A stretch of DNA of 64,000 nt, from NCBI GenBank assembly GCA_016748015.1, contig JAAOMT010000590.1, forward strand, positions 302,544-366,543. Reading direction: 5' to 3'. Within the stretch, counting starts at the first letter, position 1. Every line of letters starts with the position of its first letter. The notes under the pieces are model-generated. The model did no database searches, was not told where the DNA came from, and saw only the letters and a program-made list of their open reading frames with translations. Positions 12,013-25,495 of this stretch are shown here, piece after piece. Source of the stretch: Geosiphon pyriformis uo1. Taxonomy: Eukaryota > Fungi > Glomeromycota. The translations under genes and the position numbers were made by a program.

Positions 12013-12898
12013 GAATTGAAGCAAATTTTGCTGAAACAATAGAGGAAAAAGGCGAAGTAATTAAAAATGAGCGNNNNNNNNNNNNNNNNNNNNCCGAATG
12101 GAACCAGGTAAGTTCACGAAGAAACCACCAGCGACGCAGACCAAAGCTAGAATGCTCGGTTTGCAAGAAGAAACTCTTGTCTATGACTGCGTGCAGCGCA
12201 CCGGACGAAGACCCAAGAAACCCCACCCACTACTATTGTAACCATTGTAACAAAGAAAAATACGGTTACCCAGAAAGACACGGAAAATGGGACGAGGAAC
12301 CGTGCCTCACTTGTGGAGAACCGTTACCAAAAGGGTGTGACTGGAACGACTTACCAGGCAGAGGAGGAACGTGTGATGCAACTTGCCAATACACGATCCT
12401 CATCTGTGACTGGGTAAGAGGAGGAACGCCGTTCAAAGCAGCATTCAACAGAGCGTTAAAAAGACTACAGCACTACCCACATGACGAGAACGAGTTGTAT
12501 AACACCGCACAAGCCAAAGTAAGAGGAGGAACCGCCGAAGAAATACGACATTGGAAAGAGTCAGCCGAAGTAGCCGACAAAGTCGCCAGCTACAACATGT
12601 TCAACCCAGTGGACGAATTCCAGGACTACTACCAACAACTATGCCCCACTCGACAAGAGCAAGAACAATACCTCGCCCAAATCAACACTTACCTCTGCGA
12701 AAACTGTCTCATCCCGTGCCAAAGTCAGTGCTGTGAAGAGTGTCAAGACGAAAGGGACTTAGAAAGAAAAATGGAAATTGAGAATCAGCAGTCTCAAAAT
12801 CAATCAATAAATCAACAAGACTCACCTGACGGTCCCGAGTCAGAANNNNNNNNNNNNNNNNNNNNAATTAACTTCGATTTCGACGGAGCTCAATCTTG

Positions 12899-12912
12899 AA
12901 AGGAGGGGATAA
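12899..12912 (+). promoter_or_regulatory. Polypurine tract of B1
   Basis: AAAGGAGGGGATAA immediately before the TG of the 3' LTR. Confidence 0.88.
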
Positions 12913-13781
12913 TGTTACAGTTTAAGAATTTAGCAAAAAGAATCATAAAAATAATACAAACTATTCAATCATAATATAGCACAGTAATAATCTTAGAAAG
13001 GTAATGATTAACATAGTAGCAAACACCATCTCGCGATAGTGGCAAGCACCAGTTCACAATAGCAGCCAACACCAACTGGTGATAGCAGCAAGCACCAGGT
13101 TGAAATATCAAAAAGAAAGTATTTTCTCGTAGAACTACAAACATGTATATATACAGTAGTTTTAATATTGGGAAAGAATCAATCAAGTAATAAAAATCAT
13201 AACTTATCAAGCAACAGATCCAATTTTATCCAACAAACTCCACTTATCAAATCATACTTTCAAATTAAATATCCCAAGAAACCTTTAAAAATCAAAAAGA
13301 AATGAAAAAGAATATTTAAAACGGAACTATCACAACCCAAAGTATTAAGAAACTTACTTGTATTATTTATTGAATGAAACTATCATTCATCAACTGAATC
13401 CCTTGGAAGAATAATCCTTGATCAAGATTATTCACGTTGTTACTAATTGATAAAAGCTTTATTGTGAGAATTAGAAAAGCGCTAAAGACCATTAACATTC
13501 TGTGTTTCTAGATTAGAGAAACACATCAGGCAATTGCAAGGATAGCCTCAGAGAAGACCCCAGACAGTAGGTAGATTTCAGTTCAGCCTCTGAGAAGGAG
13601 TACATAAACACACACAACAATCAAGAATTAAAGAATAACTTACATCACAACAGTAAAAAGAAAGCCTTCAGTGTAACAGTGACATTATCACACAAATAGA
13701 ATTGAGGAACTCACGAAAGACTGATTGCAATTAAAGCGGGATATCAGCAATTAAATATAACAAGAAAACCATCCCGTAACA
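12913..13781 (+). repeat. 3' LTR of B1 (869 bp)
   Basis: TGTTAC...GTAACA ends. The first ~195 nt read identical to 7842-8037. 23-bp tandem motif at 13014-13105; TATATA at ~13147. Confidence 0.93.
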
Positions 13782-15608
13782 ACGTGATGGGGTATTGATG
13801 TGATATTGGTGTGTATTAATTCCTGGGCATTTGGGGTGGTGCATAATAATTATTCTTACATGCTTTGTGCATTATTTGAATTTGACATTGACTAATCAAA
13901 TGTCCTATTCATTTGCAAAAATGGCAAATACGTGTTTCTGTTCTAAAGTTCTGGTACAATGAACAATTATTTTGGCTGCCACTTAATCTCTAGTTGTGTC
14001 TTTGAGGTGGTTGGTATGTATTACTTCTTTCTGGGTCTGAAATAAAGTAACTTTCTATTTTCTTAGAGAGTTTTTCTTCTAATTGTGCTACTTTTTTTTC
14101 TAAAGTTTCTGTTTTGTTTTTTTCAATCACTATGTTAACTATTTGACTATGGTTAGCTTTTTTCTCAGCCAATTCAAGAGCTTTGGCAAGCATAATGGCT
14201 TCTGGTAAGAAATTAAGATGGACAGAGTGTACTCTTTCTAAAATGCTGTCTTTTAATTCTCTAAATTTATTTAAAATCTAAGGTTCAGTGTAGTATCCTT
14301 GCTCAATCGCTTCAATCTAATAGCAAATTCAATTGAATCAAGCAATGTATTGGGTAACAGTTTCACCTATATCTTGCTTGATAGTATTGAATTCATTTTG
14401 TAGTTAAATTATGGCATTTGGGTTACTAAAATATTCTAAGAGTGTGTTTTTGAATTCAGCAAAACTTGTGGGTTTTCTTTCCAAGCTTTAATACCACAAG
14501 TCAGCAGTGTCTTTCAGAAAGAAAAGTAACATTTGGATTGCTCTTTAATCATTTTAATTATTTGTTTAGATGGCTTTTTGTGTTTCTCTAAACCATATAT
14601 ACATATCCATTTTTTCTTCCTCTCCTGAGAAATTCATTAGTCATGTGATATACAATATGGCCATTTTATTGTTGTTTTCTATTGGTGGGTTTATTAGTCT
14701 AAAAAGAGGTAAGATGATATTTCCTTGAGCATCCCTAAAGGCAGCTTTTTTTATATCCAGTTTTTCCTTCTGATCACGAGTTTTTTGGTTCCTGAACTGG
14801 TTGCTTGTTTCAGTGACCAGTTTTGTGCTTGTTTTTTCACTGGTTTCTTCTTTGGATTCTAATTCAGACTTCTTTTTATGATTTTCAAACCCTGTTCCAA
14901 ATTTTGGTTGAAAAAGAGGTTTTTGAAATAGTAATGAATATTCTCCTGTAATTAGTATATCTCCTCAATTGTATTGTTTGAGCTTTTCAGTGTAATTAAA
15001 AATTCTCAGCATTTGTGGGATTGATGTGAATGATAATCCAGCTCTTAATAGAAGTTGGATTTTATTATCTGGAAAAAAATGATAAGATCTTTTTTCTGGT
15101 GAATGAAGGTGTTGTTTTTTTACTGATTGCACAATGTTTTTCTTGGGTGTTTGGACAGATGTTCCTAATTTTTGCTGATTTTCTTCATAATTAATTTCTG
15201 AATTGTGGAAGCATTCTGGTGTTTTTTGTGAATATTGGGTAATTTTTATTGGCATATTGCTTAATTTCGTAATGAATTCAAACAATAGTTGTGGCTACTG
15301 CTGTTGTTTTTTTTGTAGTAAATTAAAATAATTCTTTATATAATTAATGTTTTGCATTATGTGGTTCTTCTTACCTTCCTATGTGATAATTTATTTTGGC
15401 ATTAATGTAATAGGTAAGGGTGTTTTTAACTGAACAACACTCTTCTGGTAATCTAAAATTACTTTGATATTGTAAATAAAGGGCATGGTAGAATTCAATA
15501 ACAGTAAGATTAGAAGTTTTTGTCACCATTTTGGTTTTCCTTCTTTAGCAATGAATTATTACTAATTATTATTTTTTTTAATTATTTTTTTTCATAAGAT
15601 TCACCAAA

Positions 15609-16441
15609 TGTTACAGAATGGTTTTTTTGGTTATTTTAATTGCTAATATCTTGTTTTAATTGCAATTAGTCTCTTATAAGTTCCTCAATTCTATTTGTGT
15701 AATAATATTACTATTATACTAAAGGCTTTCTCTTAATGTCATGATATAAGTTATTTCTCAATTTTTGATTGTTGTGTGTGTGTTTATGTACTTCTTTCTA
15801 GAGGCTGAACTGAAATCTACCCACTGTTTGGGGTCTTCTCTGAGACTATCCTTGCAATTGTTTGATGTGTTTCTCTAATTTAAAAACACAGAATATTAAT
15901 AGCCTTTAACACTTTTCCTAATTCTCACAATAAAGCTTTTATTAATTAGTAACAATATAAATAATCTTGATCAGAAATTATTCTTCTAAGAAATTTAGCT
16001 AATGAATGATAGTTTCATTCAATAAATGATACAATTAAGTTTTTTAATACTTTGAGTTGTGATCATTCAGTTTTTAATATTCTTTTTTATTTCTTTTTGA
16101 TTAAAGGTTTTTGTGGATATTTATTTTAAAAGTAAAGATTAGAAGATAATTAAAGTGAAACTGTTGGATGAATTGTTTGATAATTTGTTTTATAATTTCT
16201 TGTTTTTCTCAATATTAAAGTTACTATATATATACATGTTTGTAATTCTATGAGAAAACATATTGTAATATTTTTTTTTAATATTTCAATTTGGTGTTTG
16301 CTGCTATTACCAGTTGGTGTTGGTTATTATTGTGAAATAGTATTTGTTATTATGTTAATCATTACCTTTCTAAGATTATTACTGTGCTATATTATGATTG
16401 GATAATTTATGATTCTTTTGCTAAATTTTTAAACTGTAATA
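15609..16441 (-). repeat. 5' LTR of B-old
   Basis: Reverse complement of the B LTR with many transitions; abuts PBS-like TTTGGTG at 15602-15608. Confidence 0.88.
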
Positions 16442-17775
16442 CTATTAACCAGAAAATACAAGATGCTTTGTTGTATATTAATAGATGTTTTATTTCAATT
16501 GCAAAAAAGATTAAGTTATATTATTACTTGGAAATTTTTATTTCCATCAAGAGTTTTTTTAAGTCTAGTTTGACCAAAACTTATTTAAATATTAGGTTTT
16601 TTGCAAATATGATTTTGAAAAAAATAATCTTGGATAAACAGTTTTGTTATTTGGTTTTTGTTATTTTGTAATTTATTATTAGTTACTGTATACACTTTAG
16701 TTTTGTTTTAATTAATGTTTACTATAAGTGAAATGTTTTAATTAAAAAGAATTTGAAATTAAAAGCTAAATTGTTTAAAGATTTTTCTAATAAAGTTTTG
16801 TACTATCTACTATTATATAATTTAAAATTTTTAAACAATTGCAAGTTAAAGATAAAATGGTTTCAGTTATTATGTTTGTAAATTCTGAAAATATTTTTGG
16901 CTGTCTTTTTAATTATTACTTTTTGAATTTATAGACATTAGATTGGATTTTAAGTAATTTTTTATAGTATTTTGTTAGATTAAGAATTAATTTTATAAAC
17001 AATTTTTATAAAAGTTTTTTTAAATAATGAACTTTTATTAATAAGCAATTTGTCACAGGTTTTTTATAATCTAAACAGATTTTTAATATTTAATATTTTG
17101 GGTAGGACAGTTTACTATAAGATAATAGTTTCTCTAAAGTGTTTTGATATTGTTTTTAATAACAAACTTTTGAACAAATATAGTGTGTTAATAACTTAAA
17201 AAATGTTTTATTATTGAAAAAAACTGGATTTAAAAAGTGTTGTTTTATCTTGATTTATAATAACATTTGGTTTTTTGGATTAATTAAGATCTGTTATTAA
17301 GAATAAAGTGGCTGTTTTAAGTTTAATGTTTTATAATGTCTTGAATTTGAATGGTTTTAAGTTAATCAAAAATCTTTTACATAAAGTTTAAATTAATGTT
17401 TTTAATATTTACACTAATAACTTATTGAAAAATTTAGACTTATTAATAATAATTAAAAAAACAGTTGTTTATTTCTTAAATATAAATATTAGAATTTTTA
17501 GTATGGTATTCTCTATAATAACTAAGTTATAAGCTGTTGTTTTGGCTTTGAAATATATGTTTTTTTTAGCATTATGGTTTTGTATCTAAATAACCAAACA
17601 GCTATTAATATATGCACTTTAGAACTCAGTTTGTTTAAGCCAAACTTTTACAACTAATGTTAAATAAAGAAATATTATGTTATTAATTTAATAAAAAGCA
17701 AAAATTTAAAGATAATTTAATTAAAAATCAAGAATTATTTGAGTATTTTTGGTAATAATTATGTAAATAAGCTGG

Positions 17776-18625
17776 TGTTATTTATAGAATATAGAAATTA
17801 TACATTAGTACATAAAGTAACCAATTAGAATAAGACATAGTAAAAGTAAAATTTTAGGATTTCTTTCAGAGGAATTGCAGGATTCTAGAATTACAGGATT
17901 CTAGTATAAAGAATTGCTCTCAAGAAATTACAGGATTCCAGAAATTTTAGAATTTCTGGTTAGAGAATTGAAAAATTCAAGAAATCTTGTATAATAAAAT
18001 TTATGTATATATAACAATAGTATTAGAAACAAAAAAGAGAATCCTTAGTTTAGAGCTTTTAGCTCCAACTCCATACTCATCTTTTCATATAATAGTGTTT
18101 TATAACTTGAAATAGAAACATTAAATATTAATAAAATATTTGTTACTATTACAATCTATTTTTTTATTATCAATAACTTATGTTAATAACTATCAATATT
18201 TAATTATACTGAACCAATAGTTCTTGATCATGGCTATTGATAGAATATTAACTTCTAAATTGTCTTGGCTTATTTTTTTTTATGTTTTGATTTTATTTCT
18301 TTTTTTATTTTGTTTTGTTGTATACTAATTAATTAAGAATTAAGTGCTAAGTTACTGATGTTAAAAATTGCTTGGTAAAAGACTCCTGTGAGCAGGTAAA
18401 CACTTGAAATTAAGGATTACTTATCAGAGAATTGCTGATTACCAAGCCAAGAAAAGAATTGATGAAATTGTGATTCTAAGAGACTACTAAAACAACTATT
18501 AAATCTCTGTTTATTATACAAAAGACTCCACCAAAACTTTCAGATATTACCAATCATATTAGCTATTGAGCACCAAGTTATGAGTTTGTTATTTGTTTTT
18601 AGACTCCAAATAATCACTTATAACA
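17776..18625 (+). repeat. 5' LTR of D (850 bp)
   Basis: Pairs with 37415-38265; related to the A LTR. Confidence 0.88.
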
Positions 18626-21600
18626 TTTGGTACTCTCTGTAAGATATATAAATTTACAGAAAACTAGCACCAGCAATAACCATTTAAAAGTGACAGAATT
18701 TGAAAGAAAAGGAACAAACTATCTAAAATTCACCAAATTTTTATTTCAACATTACTGTCAATACTTGGAATTAACCAACAACCAACTATCAGCAGAATCA
18801 GTCTTCAATTTTTATGTCAACAAAAGAATTAAATATTTTCTAGAAGAACCAATAAATACAAAATCAGTAAGAAAAAATTTTTATGATAAATTAATTCAAT
18901 ATATTAGCTTATTATTAAACTACAACTTTGTTCTAATCATTATTAAAATCAATAAAAAGATTGAAAATTACACCCAACAAATATTTTCTATTATATACAC
19001 AGAAAAAAACAAAAAAAAACTACAAATACTAGCAAAAACAAAGCAAATACATTTACCTACTTAAAAAAAACAGAAAGTTGATTTACTAGTGAATTTATTA
19101 TATTATTACACATCTAAAAATACCATCAATATAACATTAACAGATATGTCTACAACAAACATAACAATATCACTAAACAGAATTTTATTTCTAAAGTAAA
19201 GAGAAAAAAGCAGAATTATTAGGAACCTACAGTGATTATTTTGAGAGATTTAAATCATAATCCCCAATGCCATCAGAATTTTAATCCCTGCCACCTCAAC
19301 CAAATTTCGAAACTGCTAGTTCTTGGGAAGTAATAAAATCAGAAGAAAAGAAAGACAAAGATCAGGAATTTAATTATCAAAACCCAATTCCAAAAAATTC
19401 AGAAATACAAACTCTAATTGTTTGAACTTAGCAAAACTCAAACAATTCAAACTCCACCCCTATTGTTTACCAAAACTTACTTCCAGTAATCATGATAGAC
19501 CCATCAGTTAACCCAATTGCTAAACAGCAACAACAACAGCAACAACTACCACTTTAGCAATTACTTCAATAACAATCATCACCAATAGTCTATGCACCAA
19601 TTGCAAAAATTGAAAAATTTACCAGCAAAAAGAACAATGCCCAAGCATGATTAAATAACATTGTCAAAGCAATTGCAGCCAATAATTGGGATAACACCAG
19701 AGCTCTTCAGACAATCTCATATTTTTTCCAAGATATAGCCAATTTATGGTACCAAAATCTTGTAAACAAACTTCAAGGTTTTAATGCATTCAAAGTCATA
19801 TTTCTACAATATTTTAGCAATCATAACAGTATTAATTACTTAATTACTAGCTTTACCACCATTGGGCAAAGAGATACTGAAACAGTCACTACTTATTTGA
19901 AATACTTTCACCAAAATCTACATCAAATTCAAACAATTAAAGCTGACTATTTTACAATACCACAAATCTTGAATCAATTTATCTGAGGCTTATGCAGCAG
20001 TTTATTGCAATAAGTATGTTTAATGCACTTAAATACACTTCAAGCCATAGTCAATTACACTAGAGATTTCGAATTAGCTAAACTAGAAGCCAACCATGCT
20101 CAAGCTGTTAATCTAGTAATAAATAGATCATCTAACTTAAATTCGAAACTAAAACAATTTACTGAATTCATTAATCAGAAGTTAAAAAAATATTTAGCTA
20201 ACAACCATCAAGCCATTTATCAGCCACCATAATGGCATACAAATTCAGAAAGTTCTAATCAATTCCAAAATTAATTACATTTATTGTTAGTAACAAATCA
20301 ACCATGGCAATCAAAGAGACATGTATGCTATAATTGTGATAAACAAAACCATGTAAAAATAAATTGCCACACCAGAACTAATAACCTATGATCAGAAAAT
20401 CAGTACCAAAACTCTAATTATCAATTTCAAACCCAGAATTATATTAGTAATCTGTCATTTAAACAATATTAACATTAACTTTATTATTCACAAATAATAC
20501 AACAACTCATATATGCACTTTTAATATATCAAACTCTAGCACCAGTTATTTATCAGCAGCAACCACAAACTATTTATTAGCCACATTCACAAATCATGTA
20601 CTAATTGCCATCAATTTAAACTCAATCCCAAAACTTATCTCAAAACAGAAGCCAAAAACCAAGAATAATTCAAATCTACCAGAATTGGAGATCAGCAATA
20701 GTAATACACCAACTGATTTCCAGTTCAGCAATTCAACTATCTGGATCACAACAACCAAATGCAGAAACTAATTATGCTTAAAACCTGAATGCCCAACACT
20801 ATTTAAGTTTACTTATCAATTCAGAAAACAGCCAAACCAACAACTCAGAAGCCAATTAAATAATACTCACTAACAATATTTTATCTGCTGCCAGCACAGA
20901 GAATGAGTTGTTTGCTACTATTTTTCTTTTTGAATTAGAAAAGTCAATCTTAACTCTATTATTCAGTAGAACCACTTTTGATACAAAACTTATCATCATG
21001 ATATACATAGATGCCAAAGTTGATGGTCAATTTATCAAACTGATCCTCAATAGTGGATTAGCAGACAACATTATTATCTGACAACTCATAAACCAATTAG
21101 GTTACCAAGTTGATTGTATTGCCAGTATTAGGATTATTATAGCTGATAAAATGACCAAAATTCTTATTGGTGAAATTAACAACTTTTTTTTTAAAGTCAA
21201 TGACATTATTACATCTATTAAGGTGTTAATGATAAAAATCACTTAGTACCAAGCATTAGTTGGTAATCACTGGCTATTCAAAACCAATATAATACTTAAT
21301 TAGACCATATAAGAGCTTTAACTTAATTAAAACGGTCAGCATACATAAGTACCAGTAATCTGTGAACACTTTAAAAACTCTATACTGGCATTACTAATAA
21401 AATTTGAGGAAAAAAAAAGAAATCTATTTGGAAAGCCTACCAAGTCTTGTGGGCTAACACTGACTACAATAAATTACCACTAATACTTTCTTGGAACAAC
21501 AAAAAAAAAGAGAAAAAAGAAGACAAGTTACAAAAAAACACCACCACTAGTAATTAAAAAAGATCATACTCAACCAACACCAGACCAAAACCTTCTTATA

Positions 21601-24492
21601 TTCTACTTAAATATAAGAATTACAAAAAAAAGCTTTCTTCCATAAAAGTTTAAGTTATATCTAACAAAGATTACTGGACCAGAACTCATTATTACTGCAA
21701 GTTATATCATAAAAAATGCTATGGCTATCTAAAAAAACAAAATTAGTAGGACAACAAATCATGTCTCACTTGTGAAGAAACACTACTTAATAAGAAAATG
21801 TAAGATAATATTCTTGGATGAGGAAGAATGTGCAACACTTCATGCCAGTACACAATCTTTATAAGTGACTGAGTGAGTCATAGAACATTTATTAATGCAG
21901 TCTAGCATCAAATAATATCTCACTTGGATGGTTACCCACACAATAAAGACAAAATCTGGTAAATAACAAATGCCAAAATGGAAAAGTAAGATTCTGGAAA
22001 TAAAAAATAATCTACTGAAACCAGTTAACATTATCTTTATCCCCAATTCAAATGCATTTTTTGAAATTGAAACAGATCCAGAAAAATTCTATGAACATTA
22101 CCAAAACCTAGCATCTACCAAAAAAGAGCAAGAGCATTTGAAACAATTAAATACAAAATTGTGTAAATATTGCCTAATTTCCAGTGACTTCAAATATTGT
22201 GATGATTGTGACATTATTTATAATTTATCTTCACACATAATTTACATAATCTCAGAAGAAAAAAAATCAATCAGCAAATGTGCTGTAAAATTGGAATCAA
22301 AATTTAATTCCAATCTAAACTTCAATAATAATGATAATAACAATGACTTTAGCTTAATTTAAAATAGCAATAACAACAGTAACAATTTAAACTCTGCTTT
22401 AAACTCAGAACAATATATTACACTTTTTGATCTTTTTAAGAAGCAAAAACTCAAATAGTTTAGCAATAATAATGAAAGTATTATGCCAGAACATGTGCAT
22501 AATACTAATACAGAATTTGATCTAAGATATCCCAGAAAAAATGCTATCAAATTGAAACCATCTTTGTGCATATGCATTGATTTAAAATAATACTAGAAAT
22601 TCTGGTAACAACCATGGTTCAATTAGCATCTAGATCTAGTTTGACAAAGAAGAAAATCAACATTAGAGGAGAAATAATTGATGCAAAATATGTAGAAAAT
22701 ATTATTATAATGCTACAAAATAATTTAGAAAAATCATATATTATTGAAGCAAATGAAAAAATAATATAGGCAATATTCTTACTTCTAGTGAAAATAGCTC
22801 AGTTAATGTCAGTAGAAAAAAAAAATTAAGAATTACAGCAAGAGAAAAAAGTAAATTCAAATCCATAAGTAAAATAAATATACCAGTTAATATAACAGAA
22901 AAAAAAATTATTGACAAAAGAAAAGTTATCTTCACTCATCAATCAATTTTTATTTTACTATATGACTAGTATTTAGTAGTTATAAAAAGGAAAATAAGAG
23001 ATTAATCCCAGATTTTTGAAACAGAAGCTACCATTTGTGAATCAGGAGAGATTGCTATTACCAATCTTTACATACTGGTTAAAAATAACAAACACATCAA
23101 AATTTTCATTCACAACATAACTGAAGACACTATCAAAATACCAAGTGAAACTATCATTAAATATATAAACACTGAAGTTGAAAACTAACCTCCAAGCACT
23201 ATTCCAGATTTTTCACAACTGTGTAAATATGTGAATATTATATCACAAACAATATACAAACAAAAAAAATCTTATTTACTTTAACCAGAACAATTAGAAC
23301 AAATAAACTTGAGAAATTTAGACCTATTTCAACATATGCAACTTAAGATATTACTCTACAATTTTATTGATATTTTTATCAGTGAAAACAAATTTGGCAG
23401 AACTGACATCATCCAACATCAAATCAAAACTGGAAATACAATGTTAATTAAACAAAAAACATACAGAGTACTATCAACAAGCCATGAAATTATCTGACAA
23501 GAAATCAATCAGATGTTAAACAATAAGTTAATTCAATTATTAATAAATCTATGGTTATTATCAATGATACTAGTCTATAAAAAAAATAGAAAAATCCACT
23601 TTTGTGTGGATTACAGAAAACTCAACAGTATTACTTAGAAAGACAACTATTTAACTCCACAAATTCAAGAATTGTTTGATGCTTTTAAAGAAAAAAAATG
23701 GTTTTCCACTTTAGACTTAAACAGTAATTACTGGCAAGTAGCCATGAAACTGGAAGACAAAAAAAAAACTGCTTTTACAATCAAAAAAAGAATTTTGAGT
23801 TTGATATTATGCCATTTGGTTTAACTAATGCACCAGCCATTTTCCAATGATTCATAAAAATTGTTTATACTAGACTGCTATGGAAATTAGTAGTTGTTTA
23901 TTTGAATAACACCAATGTGTTCTTAAAAATATTTAATAATTATTTACATCACAGCAAGTGTTTGAAAAATTATGAAAAGCTGGATTGAAACTAAATACAA
24001 TTAAATGCTTCTTTGGTAAAACAAAACTGAAATTCTTGAAACATATTGTAAGCAAAGATAGTATCAAAACAGATCCAAATAAAATTGAGATTGTTAAAAA
24101 CTTTCCAGTACCAACAAGTCTTATAGAATTAAAAGCATTCTTGGGATTTGCTGGATATTACTACCACTTTATCCAGAATTTCTCCAAACTGGCTTAACTA
24201 TTCTACCAGCTCCAAGCCAAAAATGTGAAATATAAATGGACAGAAACTCAACAAGAAGCTTTTGATATACTAAAAAGAAAGCTCATCTAAGCATTAATAT
24301 TAATCTATTTAGATTACAACAGACCATTTATTATTATTACTAATACATCAGGTCAAGCATTAGGAGCAGTACTATCTCAGAGAAAACCGGATAGATGAAA
24401 ACATCTAGTAGTATATATTAGCCAAAATTTAAGTTCAGCTAAAAAGAACTATGAAATACCAGCATTAAAACATTTAGCTATTTATTGGGCAG

Positions 24493-25477
24493 TGTTACCA
24501 GACGAAATTAGAGATATCATTTAGCATGAAACTATCTTATAATTCCTATCATTAATTAGTATATATTATCATTCAAATTATCATTTATTACATTAAAAAA
24601 AAAAAATGTCCAAAATTATCATTTAATTAATAACCCAAATTGTACACAACACAAATATAACCTAATTGTGATGATCAATCATGCAATACCCTGAACTATG
24701 TAATATTCAAAAGTTTGCCGAAATTTATAGAAATTTGCCGAAATAATTGATAGTTCACTGAAATATCTAATAGTTCGCAGAAATAACTTGTAGTTTGCCA
24801 AAATGTATTTTTAGTTCAGTGAAATTGTAGAAAATAGCAAAGTTCAAGTTCATAGAATAGTGTTACGACAAGTTATATAAAAGAAGAGCTTCTCTCTTCG
24901 AGAAAATATATCTTACTTTAGTTTTATCACTTAGAACCATTCCTACACACACAAAAAGAAATAAATATCAAATAATTTGAAAAACCAAATTTTTTAATTA
25001 TTTGCACTTGGAAAATCCCCAAGAACCCAACTAACATTTTGAAATTGATTAGCTACCAACTTCAGTAAACTGTTAATGACTCCAGGCCTGAATTGAAAAC
25101 GTTTCCCTTGACAGAATTTCATTTCTTTTACATCTTTTTATTTTTTTTCTTTTATTTTCTTACTATAATCATTAGGGTAGTCTACAGACAAGATTTTTGT
25201 AGAAGAGTTGACTTTCACAGCAAAGTAACTATACATTTTAGTGAGCTTTTAGACGAGCAATTCCTGGGAAAGAATTGACATTTACTACAACGTAACTACA
25301 TAAAGTAACTGGCACAGAATTGGCCATTCCACTTATAAGCCCAGCAATTCAAATTATAGGAGATAATTTGAAGATAAATTCAGTTACTGGAGGTTCAACC
25401 ACATCCAGAAAATGTGAATTCACAGCAAACAAGCATCAACAACATTTAAGAAAAGAGACCAAAAACCTCTAGTAACA
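24493..25477 (+). repeat. 5' LTR of C (985 bp)
   Basis: TGTTACCAG...AGTAACA; direct repeat of 34105-35093; AGTTCGCCGAAAT-like array at 24709-24826; TATATAAA at ~24874. Confidence 0.95.
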
Positions 25478-25495
25478 TTTGGTGCTCTCCCACGG
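25478..25495 (+). promoter_or_regulatory. Putative primer-binding site of C
   Basis: TT-TGGTGCTCTCCCACGG directly after the LTR; TGG is complementary to tRNA CCA. The cognate tRNA was not identified. Confidence 0.75.

Larger units (their letters stand above)
7842..13781 (+). mobile_element. Young family-B LTR retrotransposon (B1); internal contigs gapped, partly duplicated and misordered
   Basis: LTR starts TGTTACAGTTTAAG at 7842 and 12913 and ends CCCGTAACA at 13781. TSD ACGT at 7838-7841 and 13782-13785. PPT at 12899-12912. CpG is retained. Confidence 0.92.
6745..16441 (-). mobile_element. Older degenerate family-B LTR element (B-old): 5' LTR, gag, protease and part of the Cys-rich domain; 3' half missing; interrupted by B1 at 7842-13781
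   Basis: Colinear with B2 (62250-64000) but CpG-depleted with many stops. LTR at 15609-16441. PBS-like TTTGGTGAATC on the minus strand. Decayed protease KLILYHRSAGS at ~7410-7445. Confidence 0.88.

Noticed and set aside
8208-12865. Apparent tandem duplication of gag (8208-8872 vs 9597-10035) and dUTPase placed before the Cys-rich domain in B1
   Set aside because: Every junction is an N gap and the pieces are near-identical. B2, C and D show the order PR, Cys-rich, dUTPase, so this is a scaffolding artefact.
13014-13105. Repeat-spacer pattern resembling a CRISPR array
   Set aside because: The repeats are 15 nt and degenerate with 8-nt spacers, they lie inside a eukaryotic LTR, they recur in other LTR copies, and there are no cas genes.
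25093-25278. 61-aa hydrophobic ORF present in both C LTRs (also 34709-34894)
   Set aside because: It has a TTG start and arises from a T-rich tract; the duplication is simply LTR identity.
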